From Candidatus Peregrinibacteria bacterium (GTDB lineage: Bacteria; Patescibacteriota; Gracilibacteria; UBA1369), in NCBI GenBank assembly GCA_963708185.1, contig OY970195.1, positions 1,120,001 through 1,184,000 on the forward strand: a stretch of 64,000 nucleotides of DNA, read 5' to 3'. A model generated the notes under the pieces. It was not told the origin of the DNA and did not search any database. It was given only the letters and a program-made list of their open reading frames with translations. Positions 36,079 through 45,175 of this stretch are shown here, piece by piece (positions within the stretch are counted from its first letter, which is position 1; each line of letters opens with the position of its first letter). Made by a program: the position numbers and the translations under genes.

Positions 36079-37041
36079 ATGGAAAAGCATTACCCCGTTC
36101 CCGAAGAGTACATCCAGTCGGTCCGTCAGGCCGAAGACCTGTTCGCATTGATGGACGGACCGAGGTTCAAGGGCTACCTCACGATAACCGCGAGACCGGC
36201 CGGAAGCAGGGCCATTATCTCGGAGGATACTTACTGCATGGACCGGGACGCGTATTCGCAGCAGAAACTTTTTGATCTTTTTTGCGTCGTGCTCGCGAAA
36301 GCAAAAAATCTTTTCGGCGAGAAAAATTTTATTATCGAAATCCAAAACAAGAAAGGAGATTCTCTGGAACAAGTGAGGGTGAATGTTTCCAAAAAAGTTG
36401 AATCCGTGATCAGGCTCATTGCTCAGGCTCCCGTCGAAACTCCAGTTCGCGAACAAAAACCTCTGCCGCCGTCTGTCACGGAACCTTCTCCGGCGGAAGA
36501 GGAAATACCCGCGACGGAGAAATCACCCGTTTCGGCGCAACAAGAAAAACCCGCGGAACCGCGACCTGCTGTTATCCCTGAACCCGCAGCCGATCCTGGG
36601 CTGAAAACTCAACCAAAACCTGAACGTCCCATGGAATACAGAGCTCCGCAGCAACCCGAAAAGCCGGCAATTTCTTATCGCACGTGGGGCGATAGACCGG
36701 CGAAACCAAAAAAAATGAACGGCGTGGATGTCAGGGCGTGTCCGAATCCCGATGCACTTATCGACTATGATTCGATGAAATACTTTCCTACTGAACGTGC
36801 TCCCAGCAACCTCAGGAAAGTTTTTCTTGTCTGCGGAATCCGGACCAACCGCGATATCCTTGAGGCACTCGGGACGACTGAACCGACCAGGCTGGAATGG
36901 GACGGGTTTATTAAAAGACTCCGATGGAAGGCCTCAAGAGAAAACGCAAAATTATGGGACAGCTCCGACGGCACGCTCTACTGGTGGCTTACGAAAAAGA
37001 TGCAATGGATCAAACCTTTTCCTCCCAATAACGCGAAATAG
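36079..37041 (+). CDS. Hypothetical protein with Pro/Glu-rich linker
   Basis: ATG 36079 downstream of TTGACA-N17-TTTAAT. Confidence 0.65.
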   Translation: MEKHYPVPEEYIQSVRQAEDLFALMDGPRFKGYLTITARPAGSRAIISEDTYCMDRDAYSQQKLFDLFCVVLAKAKNLFGEKNFIIEIQNKKGDSLEQVRVNVSKKVESVIRLIAQAPVETPVREQKPLPPSVTEPSPAEEEIPATEKSPVSAQQEKPAEPRPAVIPEPAADPGLKTQPKPERPMEYRAPQQPEKPAISYRTWGDRPAKPKKMNGVDVRACPNPDALIDYDSMKYFPTERAPSNLRKVFLVCGIRTNRDILEALGTTEPTRLEWDGFIKRLRWKASRENAKLWDSSDGTLYWWLTKKMQWIKPFPPNNAK

Positions 37042-37110
37042 TTTCGGACTTGCCCGGAAACTCCTTGTGCTATAATGGCGACTACGCGCGCCATTTTTTT
37101 ATTTTCACCT

Positions 37111-37668
37111 ATGACAAAAAATGAAAAATCTCCGGGCAAACTTGAAACTGCGGTTTTGGGAGGCGGTTGTTTCTGGTGCCTGGAAGCCGCTTTTTCACGG
37201 ACGAAAGGGGTCCACGACGTCATCTCCGGCTATGCCGGGGGGACGGCGCCCGATCCAAGTTATGAAGAGGTTTGCAGCGGGAACACCGGGCACGCGGAGG
37301 TCGTGGAGATTCATTATGATCCTTCCGCGATCAGCTACGACGACATCCTTCACATTTTCTTCACACTCCATGATCCGACCACGCTGAACCGTCAGGGACA
37401 TGATGTGGGCACTCAATACCGTTCGGTCATTTTTTACCTCAACAAAGAGCAGGAAAAGACTGCGCACAACATCATCAAAGAACTAGAGGACGAAAAAATT
37501 TACAACGATCCTTTCGTCACGCAGGTTCTTCCCCTGGAAAAATTCTACACCGCCGAAGAGTACCACCAGCATTATTTCGACAAGAATCCCGACCAGGCAT
37601 ACTGCCAGATCGTCATCCAGCCGAAGATTCTCAAGTTCCGCCAGAAGTACAAACAGTTCATCAAATAG
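37111..37668 (+). CDS. msrA: Peptide methionine sulfoxide reductase A
   Basis: GGGCFWC, SGYAGG, TGHAEVV, GTQYRS, AEEYHQ. Confidence 0.97.
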   Translation: MTKNEKSPGKLETAVLGGGCFWCLEAAFSRTKGVHDVISGYAGGTAPDPSYEEVCSGNTGHAEVVEIHYDPSAISYDDILHIFFTLHDPTTLNRQGHDVGTQYRSVIFYLNKEQEKTAHNIIKELEDEKIYNDPFVTQVLPLEKFYTAEEYHQHYFDKNPDQAYCQIVIQPKILKFRQKYKQFIK

Positions 37669-37759
37669 TTCGATTGGGCGGCCGCACCTGGATTGAAATA
37701 AAAAGCGTAAACCGATTGTAGTAGTTTGTGTTTGAAGGATTTCGTCTCAACACTTATCC

Positions 37760-38311
37760 ATGAATGACCAAGAGCTCATTCGCCTCTATCTCAACGGCGA
37801 TGAAGGCGCTTTTCAGCAGCTTGTCCAGCGTTACCTGCACCCGATTTACAACTTCGTCCATCAGTCGGTCCGCGACGACCAGCAAGCCGAAGACATCGCG
37901 CAGGAGGTTTTCATCAGGGCCTGGGCGCACATGAAAAAATTCGACATCACGAAAAGCTTCAAGGTATGGATCTACACCATCGCCAAAAATCTGGTGTTTG
38001 ACTTCCTGAGGAAAAAGAAAAGCATACCTTTTTCATTTCTCGAAAAAGAGGACCGGGTTTTCGATATCGTCGACACCGATCCTTTACCCGACACATTGCT
38101 CCGTCAGGCCGACGTTTCAAAAAAGGTCAACGCCGCGCTGGGAAAAATCCCCGTCGCTTCCCGGGAAGTTCTTATTTTATACTACCGGGACGGATTCAAC
38201 TTCCGTGAAATAGCGGAGATCTTCAAAACCTCTGTGAATACGATAAAAAGCCGCCATTTGAGAGCGCTCGCCATGCTCAAAAAACACTTCAAGAAAAAAA
38301 GTGGCTTCTGA
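37760..38311 (+). CDS. ECF RNA polymerase sigma factor
   Basis: AEDIAQEVFIRAW, WIYTIAKN, EIAEIFKTSVNTIKSRHLRA. Confidence 0.92.
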   Translation: MNDQELIRLYLNGDEGAFQQLVQRYLHPIYNFVHQSVRDDQQAEDIAQEVFIRAWAHMKKFDITKSFKVWIYTIAKNLVFDFLRKKKSIPFSFLEKEDRVFDIVDTDPLPDTLLRQADVSKKVNAALGKIPVASREVLILYYRDGFNFREIAEIFKTSVNTIKSRHLRALAMLKKHFKKKSGF

Positions 38312-38334
38312 ATTTGGCTTTTTTCCTTCCAACA

Positions 38335-38361
38335 TGCACCTAAACTGCAATGGGTTACGTA
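38335..38361 (+). promoter_or_regulatory. Putative ECF-type promoter
   Basis: TGCACC-N17-CGTA between the sigma gene and the next gene; resembles ECF (AAC..CGT) architecture. Confidence 0.4.
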
Positions 38362-38388
38362 TGTAGTGGTGCAAGTTTTTTTTGAATT

Positions 38389-38799
38389 ATGGATTTTAAC
38401 GCTCACAAACTTTTTTCCAAACTTCAAACCAGAAAGGTTCCCGAGGGCCTTCTGGAGAAGATCATGATGAAGGTTTCCCTGAAACAGCGCAGGCGCGCTA
38501 TCTGGGAATTCGTTTGTTCGAGCCTGGTTTTCGTCGCGACGCTCGGACTTCTTGTCCCGGCGGTCAGCGCGGCGCATAACGCGATGGTTTCGTCGGGATT
38601 CTACCAGTACATCGCCCTGATTTTTTCGAACTTTTCCGAGGTCATGAGTTCATGGCAGGATTTTATGTTTTCGCTTCTGGAATCCCTTCCCGTTTTCAGC
38701 ATCATCGTTTTTTTGGCTATCCTGTTTTTCCTGCTGGCGTCGCTGCGCTACATCAGCCGTGACGCGAAAATTCTTTTTCATCGTCATCATTCTTTTTAA
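38389..38799 (+). CDS. Membrane protein, putative anti-sigma factor
   Basis: VPEGLLEKIM N-terminus plus TM helices, directly after the ECF sigma. Confidence 0.6.
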   Translation: MDFNAHKLFSKLQTRKVPEGLLEKIMMKVSLKQRRRAIWEFVCSSLVFVATLGLLVPAVSAAHNAMVSSGFYQYIALIFSNFSEVMSSWQDFMFSLLESLPVFSIIVFLAILFFLLASLRYISRDAKILFHRHHSF

Positions 38800-38808
38800 A
38801 CTTTCTCC

Positions 38809-39345
38809 ATGGAAGAACATTCCCCAAAAAACACTTCTTTTTTCCAATCAAAAACCTTCAAGGGCATTCTTTACGGCATCGGCGGAGTTATCGTCCTGTT
38901 GCTGGTTTTTGAGAGCGGAATTTACGTCGGTTACCAGAAAGCCGTTTTTTCGACCCGTTGGGCGCAGAACTATCCGTCAAATTTTTTCCCGAAGCCTGAT
39001 CCGCGTTTCCCGCCCCAGGGCAATGACATGGTTTTCATCAGCCCTCACGGCGCGTTCGGAGACATCATCAAGATCGATAACCAGAGTCTTGTCGTCAAAG
39101 GCAACGACGAAGCCGAGAAAAATATTCTCGTCCAGCCGGACACGGTGATCGAAAAAGACTTCGACAAGATCAACGTCATGGCGCTCAAAGTCGGAGATCA
39201 TGTCATCGTTTTTGGTGCGCCGAACGATTCCGGTCAGATCGCCGCGAAAGTCATACGGGTTCTTCCCCAGTTCATGGAAACTTTTCGCGCGGGATCGCCG
39301 AGTCAGCAGATTTTCACGCAACAATTTACTTTTACTCAACAGTAA
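38809..39345 (+). CDS. Membrane-anchored OB-fold/DUF5666-like protein
   Basis: N-terminal TM; LKVGDHVIVFG..GQIAAKVIRV. Confidence 0.6.
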   Translation: MEEHSPKNTSFFQSKTFKGILYGIGGVIVLLLVFESGIYVGYQKAVFSTRWAQNYPSNFFPKPDPRFPPQGNDMVFISPHGAFGDIIKIDNQSLVVKGNDEAEKNILVQPDTVIEKDFDKINVMALKVGDHVIVFGAPNDSGQIAAKVIRVLPQFMETFRAGSPSQQIFTQQFTFTQQ

Positions 39346-39372
39346 TTTATTTCCACCTTTCTTCCCGACCTT

Positions 39373-41421
39373 ATGAACGACGCTCACGCCCACGGTTTCA
39401 AGCAGAAATTTCTTAACTTTATTCAGGACCATAAAATCATTTCCATCCTCATCGCCCTGGTTGTCCTGGGAGCTTTGTATGAAACTGTGAACGCCTTCAA
39501 GTCGAGTACCGTGCTGCATCAGTACATCGTTTCGCAGGCACAGAAGGGAACGCTCATCGCATCGGTTTCGGGGAGCGGGCAGGTCCTTGCCGAAAGTCAG
39601 ATCGATATCAAACCGAAAACTTCAGGCGCGGTGACGTCGATCAAAGTGAAGGAAGGCGATACCGTAAAAGAGGGTGATACTGTGATGCTCCTTGATTCGA
39701 CGACCGCCGATAAAAGCGTGCGCGACGCCCAGTTGAATCTGCAGTCAGCGCAGATCGCTTTGCAAAAACTCGAACAGCCGGCCGACCAGCTTTCACTGAT
39801 TCAAGCACAAAATAGCTATGCCCAGGCACAACGGGATCTTCAGGCATTGACCGATCCACCCGATCCTTACGCCGTGACCCAGGCGCAGAACGCCGTGGAC
39901 CAGGCGAAACGGAGCCTTGAACAGGCCCAGATCGACAGCACCCAGCAGACGCTCAACGACAGCCAGAGTCTTCAGAGCACTTTGGACAGCGCATACAACA
40001 GCGTTTCAAACGCTTTCGTCGATGCCCCGAATTATATCACGGACCTTCAGAACGTTCAAGTCAGAGACACCGCTCCCACGGACAACATCTACGGGTACAA
40101 ACTGATTCTGGGTGATAACTCTCCGTTCATCACGACGTTTCTCGACGACTATAGCGCCGCTTTCAAACTGTATAATTCAACTTTTGATTCTTACAAATCG
40201 GTCCCCAGGACCGCCGACCAGGCCACACTCATCCAGCTCATCAACGACAGCGTGACGATGGAAAAAGAGATTTCCATCGATCTTGAGGACGCGCGAAACA
40301 TGCTCGAAGCCGCCATGGCCAACTCCTACAAGTCTTTTTATATCGCTTCGACGATTGACTCACTTAAACCCAAAATCGATTCGGACATCACTTCTTTGAA
40401 CAAGGACCTCGACGCCCTCCAGTCGGCGAAAGACCAGATCGACAACCTCACGACGAACAGCCCGATCAACGCTCAGAAATCCCAAGACAGCATATCTTCG
40501 GCCCAGGAAACGCTCAAAGAAAAACAGGAATATCTCGACAATCTTCTTGCAGGTGCCAAACCCGCGGACATCGCCGCCGCAAAGGAAAAAGTCAACCAGA
40601 CCAAGGCCGCCCTGGACAGCGTTAAATCGGGCGCGGATCCGCTGGACATCCAAAACGAACAGCTCACGATCCAGCAGAGAAAAAATGCGCTCGCGGACGC
40701 ACAGGCGGCGCTCGCGGATTACGTGGTTAAGGCTCCTTTCGACGGAGTCATCGCCACCGTCGATGCCGTGAAAGGCGATACTGTTTCTTCCGGAAGCGCG
40801 GTGGGAACGCTTATCACCAAGCAGCTGCTGGTCCAGGTTTCGCTGAATGAAGTCGACGCCGCCAAGGTGGTGGTCGGGGACAAGGCCACGCTTACGTTTG
40901 ACGCCGTTCCCGACGTGAAGATCACCGGTGAAGTCGTCCAGCTCGACATCATCGGGACATCGACCCAGGGCGTCGTAAGCTACAACGCAAAAATCGCTTT
41001 CGACACGCAAGATGCAACCATCAAACCGGGCATGAGCGTCAGCGCCGACATCATCACCAATGTCGACCAGGATGTCCTGGTCATTCCGAACGCAGCGCTC
41101 AAGTCCCAGGGCGACGTTTCCTATGTGGAGACGTTCGATAAATCACAGGTCACTCCCGATGCCAACGACAGCACGAGCGGCACCGTCGTCACCACCTCGT
41201 CTCCGCAAAGAGCTTTCGTGGAAGTAGGGCTGACGAACGATACGCAGAGTGAAATTACCGGCGGCCTGAACGAAGGCGATTACATCGTGACGCAAACCCT
41301 CAGTGACGGCTCCACGGCAACGACGACCTCAACTGCTTCCGCCGGAGGACTCCGCATTCCCGGAATCGGAGGGGGAGGAGCAGGAGGTGGAAACGCCACA
41401 TTTGTCCGAAGAGGAGGATGA
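39373..41421 (+). CDS. Efflux membrane fusion protein (MacA/HlyD-like) with long coiled coil
   Basis: VSGSGQV, VKEGDTVKEG, VKAPFDGVI, IKPGMSVSADI, GLNEGD. Confidence 0.9.
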   Translation: MNDAHAHGFKQKFLNFIQDHKIISILIALVVLGALYETVNAFKSSTVLHQYIVSQAQKGTLIASVSGSGQVLAESQIDIKPKTSGAVTSIKVKEGDTVKEGDTVMLLDSTTADKSVRDAQLNLQSAQIALQKLEQPADQLSLIQAQNSYAQAQRDLQALTDPPDPYAVTQAQNAVDQAKRSLEQAQIDSTQQTLNDSQSLQSTLDSAYNSVSNAFVDAPNYITDLQNVQVRDTAPTDNIYGYKLILGDNSPFITTFLDDYSAAFKLYNSTFDSYKSVPRTADQATLIQLINDSVTMEKEISIDLEDARNMLEAAMANSYKSFYIASTIDSLKPKIDSDITSLNKDLDALQSAKDQIDNLTTNSPINAQKSQDSISSAQETLKEKQEYLDNLLAGAKPADIAAAKEKVNQTKAALDSVKSGADPLDIQNEQLTIQQRKNALADAQAALADYVVKAPFDGVIATVDAVKGDTVSSGSAVGTLITKQLLVQVSLNEVDAAKVVVGDKATLTFDAVPDVKITGEVVQLDIIGTSTQGVVSYNAKIAFDTQDATIKPGMSVSADIITNVDQDVLVIPNAALKSQGDVSYVETFDKSQVTPDANDSTSGTVVTTSSPQRAFVEVGLTNDTQSEITGGLNEGDYIVTQTLSDGSTATTTSTASAGGLRIPGIGGGGAGGGNATFVRRGG

Positions 41422-41443
41422 TATTCATGAACACTCTCTTTCA

Positions 41444-42160
41444 ATGATCGAAGTTAAGAACATTACCAAAACCTACGTGACCGGAGAGGTTGAAACGCCC
41501 GTTTTACGAGGCGTTTCCTTCACCATCCATGATGGCGAATTCGTCGCCATCATGGGCCCATCGGGTTCCGGAAAGTCAACGCTCATGCATATTCTGGGGG
41601 CGCTGGACACGGCGACAAGCGGAGAGTATCTGCTCGACAACAAGGACATCTCCGATCTTTCCCAAAATGAACTTGCTACGATCAGAAGGAAACAGATCGG
41701 GTTCGTATTCCAGGCTTTCAACCTTCTGCCGCGCGCCACGGTTTTCAGGAACGTCATGCTCCCGCTCATCTACGCTGAAACTCCCGTCCATCTTCGTGAC
41801 GGGCTGGTAGAAAAAGCACTTAAAGCCGCCAACCTGCCGGAGGACCGCTGGTACCATCACTCCAACCAGATTTCGGGCGGTCAGATGCAGCGCGTCGCCA
41901 TCGCGCGTGCGCTCGTCAACAATCCCTCGCTCATCCTCGCGGACGAACCCACGGGAAATCTCGACACCAAAACCGGAGAATTCGTGATGGGCACTTTCCA
42001 GGAACTGAACGAACAGCACGGGCACACCATCATTCTCATCACCCATGAAAGGCATGTCGCCGAACACGCCGACCGCATTATCCACATCCGTGACGGACTG
42101 ATTCTGGAAGACGGCAAAGATCACGTAAAAAGAGTCATTAAACACCCCAAAAAATCATGA
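41444..42160 (+). CDS. ABC transporter ATP-binding protein (MacB/LolD-like)
   Basis: GPSGSGKST, ISGGQMQRVAIARAL, LADEPTGNLD; start ATG 41444. Confidence 0.95.
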   Translation: MIEVKNITKTYVTGEVETPVLRGVSFTIHDGEFVAIMGPSGSGKSTLMHILGALDTATSGEYLLDNKDISDLSQNELATIRRKQIGFVFQAFNLLPRATVFRNVMLPLIYAETPVHLRDGLVEKALKAANLPEDRWYHHSNQISGGQMQRVAIARALVNNPSLILADEPTGNLDTKTGEFVMGTFQELNEQHGHTIILITHERHVAEHADRIIHIRDGLILEDGKDHVKRVIKHPKKS

Positions 42161-43374
42161 TGATTTCCGACCTTCTCTACGAAACGTATTCGGCGGTGAC
42201 CGTGAACAAGGCCCGCTCCGGTCTGACGATCCTCGGTATCGTCATCGGTATCGCTTCGGTGATCGCGATGGTCGCCATCGGACAGGGTGCCCAGGACTCC
42301 ATCCAGTCGAGTATTCAATCCATCGGATCCAATCTGATCATGGTGATGCCCGGCGCTCAAAGGGGAGGACTTGTAAGTGCGGGAAGAGGTTCGTCGGAGA
42401 GCCTGACCAAAGATGACGCCGACGCCATTTCCACGCAAATCGTCAATATTGAAGCCGTCGCTCCGGAAACTTCCAGAAGATTCCAAATTACGGCTCCGGG
42501 TAAAAATACGAACACGCAGGTTACCGGCACCACGCCTTCCTACACTTCCGCGCGCAGCGTTGAAATAGATACCGGGTCTTTCTTTACGGACCAGCAGGTT
42601 CGCAGCCAGGACAAAGTCACGGTTCTCGGGCCGACAACCGTGACGGATCTTTTTGGTGAAGGCGCCGCGCCGATCGGCCAAACTATCCGCATCAACAAAG
42701 TGAACTTCAGGGTCATCGGCGTGACGAAATCGAAAGGCGGCACCGGGTTCAACAACGCTGATGACGTGATTTACGTTCCGCTCACGACAGCCATGCATTA
42801 CCTGACGGGCAGTGAATCGCTGAGTGAGATAGACATTCAGGCCACCAGTCCGGGTGTGCTCGCCGCGGTCCAGGAAAACGTCACCAATTTGCTTTTACAA
42901 AGGCACAAGATTTCCAACCCGCAACAGGCCGACTTCAGTACGCTCAACCAGGCCGACATCATCGCCACCGCGACTTCCGTGACCGGAACCTTTACGGTTC
43001 TTCTCGCGGCGATCGCGAGCATTTCACTCCTAGTGGGAGGCATCGGCATCATGAACATGATGCTTACCATCGTGACGGAACGCACCCGTGAGATCGGTTT
43101 GAGAAAAGCCATCGGTGCCACCGAACGCGACATCAATCTGCAATTTTTGAGCGAATCGATCCTGTTAACTTTCCTCGGAGGCTTTATCGGAATTTTACTG
43201 GGCTGGCTCATCGCGTTCGGTGTGAGCAAAGTCATCGGGACCCCGGCGGCGGTTTCACTTTTTTCGGTGGGCCTGGCGTTCGGTGTTTCCTCCGGGATAG
43301 GCATCGTTTTCGGTTATTATCCCGCACAACGCGCTGCCAAAATGAATCCGATTGAAGCTTTGCGTTATGAATAA
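42157..43374 (+). CDS. MacB/FtsX-family ABC permease
   Basis: RSGLTILGIVIGIASV, GGIGIMNMML..ERTREIGLRKAIGA, PIEALRYE. Confidence 0.95.
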   Translation: MMISDLLYETYSAVTVNKARSGLTILGIVIGIASVIAMVAIGQGAQDSIQSSIQSIGSNLIMVMPGAQRGGLVSAGRGSSESLTKDDADAISTQIVNIEAVAPETSRRFQITAPGKNTNTQVTGTTPSYTSARSVEIDTGSFFTDQQVRSQDKVTVLGPTTVTDLFGEGAAPIGQTIRINKVNFRVIGVTKSKGGTGFNNADDVIYVPLTTAMHYLTGSESLSEIDIQATSPGVLAAVQENVTNLLLQRHKISNPQQADFSTLNQADIIATATSVTGTFTVLLAAIASISLLVGGIGIMNMMLTIVTERTREIGLRKAIGATERDINLQFLSESILLTFLGGFIGILLGWLIAFGVSKVIGTPAAVSLFSVGLAFGVSSGIGIVFGYYPAQRAAKMNPIEALRYE

Positions 43375-43404
43375 TTTTATCTTTTATTTTTTATTTTTTT
43401 CTTT

Positions 43405-43884
43405 ATGAAAAAGCACATCGTTTACTACATCGTCATCGCCGTGGTCGTGGGAGCGGCGGCTTTTTACGGCGGCATGGTTTATGCCCAAAGCAACCGTTCG
43501 TTGCAGGCCAATCTTTTCCAGCAGGGAGGGGCGGCCGGAGCGGGAGCGAGGTTCCAGCGCGGAGGTGGAACAGGAACCGGCGGAACACGAGCGGGGGGCG
43601 GACTGGTCAACGGCCAGATCATCAACAAGGATGACAAGAGCATTACGATCAAACTGAACAACGGAAGCACGCAGTTTATTTTCTTCTCTCCTTCGACCCA
43701 AATCCTCAAATCCGACACCGGGACGGCAGATGATCTCCAGACCGGCACGAACGTGATGGCAAGCGGGACCACCAACACCGACGGAAGCGTCACCGCCCAG
43801 ATGATCCAGATCAGACCGGCAGGTGAAACCTTCCCGGGGGCACGCGGTGATTCGACCCAACAGGTTACGGCGAATCCTTCCTAG
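43405..43884 (+). CDS. DUF5666-like membrane-anchored protein
   Basis: AFYGGMVY, Gly-rich linker, DGSVTAQMIQI. Confidence 0.65.
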   Translation: MKKHIVYYIVIAVVVGAAAFYGGMVYAQSNRSLQANLFQQGGAAGAGARFQRGGGTGTGGTRAGGGLVNGQIINKDDKSITIKLNNGSTQFIFFSPSTQILKSDTGTADDLQTGTNVMASGTTNTDGSVTAQMIQIRPAGETFPGARGDSTQQVTANPS

Positions 43885-43930
43885 TTTTCAGGTATAATGT
43901 CTGCGTCGAATACTTGGCGCAGACATCCTT

Positions 43931-45133
43931 ATGAAAAAATTTTACTTTGGCGCAGCCACCTCCGCCCATCAGGTCGAAGGAAACAACATTCACAGCGACT
44001 GGTGGAAGTTTGAAAAGGAGGTGCAGGCCAAAGAGGGTTTCATGTCCGGAGAGGCGATCCGTCACTACGAACTTTTTGATGACGATTTCAAACTTGCTTC
44101 GGACCTGGGACATGACGCTCACCGTTTTTCCATCGAATGGGCGAAGGTCGAACCTCGAGAAGGGAAGTTCGACGAAGCCGTTCTGGATCATTACCGCGAA
44201 GTTTTCAAGAGTCTCAGAAAGCACGGACTGAAGCCGTTCGTAACCCTGTGGCATTTTACGTTTCCGTTGTGGTTCGCCAAACGGGGGGCTTTCGAAAAAC
44301 GCGACAACATTTTTTATTTCGTCAGATTCTGTAAAAAGATCGCGGAAGTTTTTCGTGACGACGTCGAGTTTTTCATCACCATCAATGAACCGGAGGTTTA
44401 TCTGTATTATGCTTATCTCGGCGGGAAATGGCCCCCGCAAAAGAAGAGCTTCCGGGCGCTCGTCAAAGTTTACCGGAATTTATACAGGGCTCATCGCGAG
44501 GTTTACAAATCTTTGAAACAGGTAAATCCAGATTTTCAAATCGGCGTGGCAAAAAATAATCCGTCATTTTCTCCCGACCGGCATAAAAATATTTTCGACT
44601 GGACGCTCGTCTACCTCTTAAGATATTTGTGGAATCATCTTTTTCTCGATTGCATAAAAACGAGCTATGATTTCATCGGGCTGAATTACTACTTCCACCG
44701 CAGTATGCGTTTTGACCTTCGTCTTGCCGGCCAGTTTTTCATCCATCCCTGCAACTCGTGCGACAAAACCGATATGGGATGGGAGATTTACCCCCGTGGC
44801 GTCGCGGGCGTGCTTCGAGATCTGTGGAAACGTTACCGCAAACCGATTATTATTACCGAGAACGGGGTAGCTGACAAAGCGGATCGTCTCCGAGGCGACT
44901 ACATCGAAAACGTCCTCGAGCATGTTTTCAATGCAAAAAAATACGGCGTGGACGTGTTCGGCTATCTCCACTGGTCACTTCTTGATAATTTTGAGTGGGC
45001 CGACGGGTTTGAACCCAGGTTCGGTCTTGTTGAGGTCAATTACGCGAATTATGAAAGAAAAGTCCGTCCTTCGGCTTACAAGTATGAGAAATTGATAAAA
45101 AATTACCGCAAAACTTTGACAGAAAAAGGCTAA
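43931..45133 (+). CDS. Glycoside hydrolase family 1
   Basis: GAATSAHQVEG, TINEP and ITENG catalytic motifs, WSLLDNFEW. Confidence 0.95.
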   Translation: MKKFYFGAATSAHQVEGNNIHSDWWKFEKEVQAKEGFMSGEAIRHYELFDDDFKLASDLGHDAHRFSIEWAKVEPREGKFDEAVLDHYREVFKSLRKHGLKPFVTLWHFTFPLWFAKRGAFEKRDNIFYFVRFCKKIAEVFRDDVEFFITINEPEVYLYYAYLGGKWPPQKKSFRALVKVYRNLYRAHREVYKSLKQVNPDFQIGVAKNNPSFSPDRHKNIFDWTLVYLLRYLWNHLFLDCIKTSYDFIGLNYYFHRSMRFDLRLAGQFFIHPCNSCDKTDMGWEIYPRGVAGVLRDLWKRYRKPIIITENGVADKADRLRGDYIENVLEHVFNAKKYGVDVFGYLHWSLLDNFEWADGFEPRFGLVEVNYANYERKVRPSAYKYEKLIKNYRKTLTEKG

Positions 45134-45175
45134 TGTGTTACTAATTTCTCTCAACTATACCTTAAACATCCCGTT

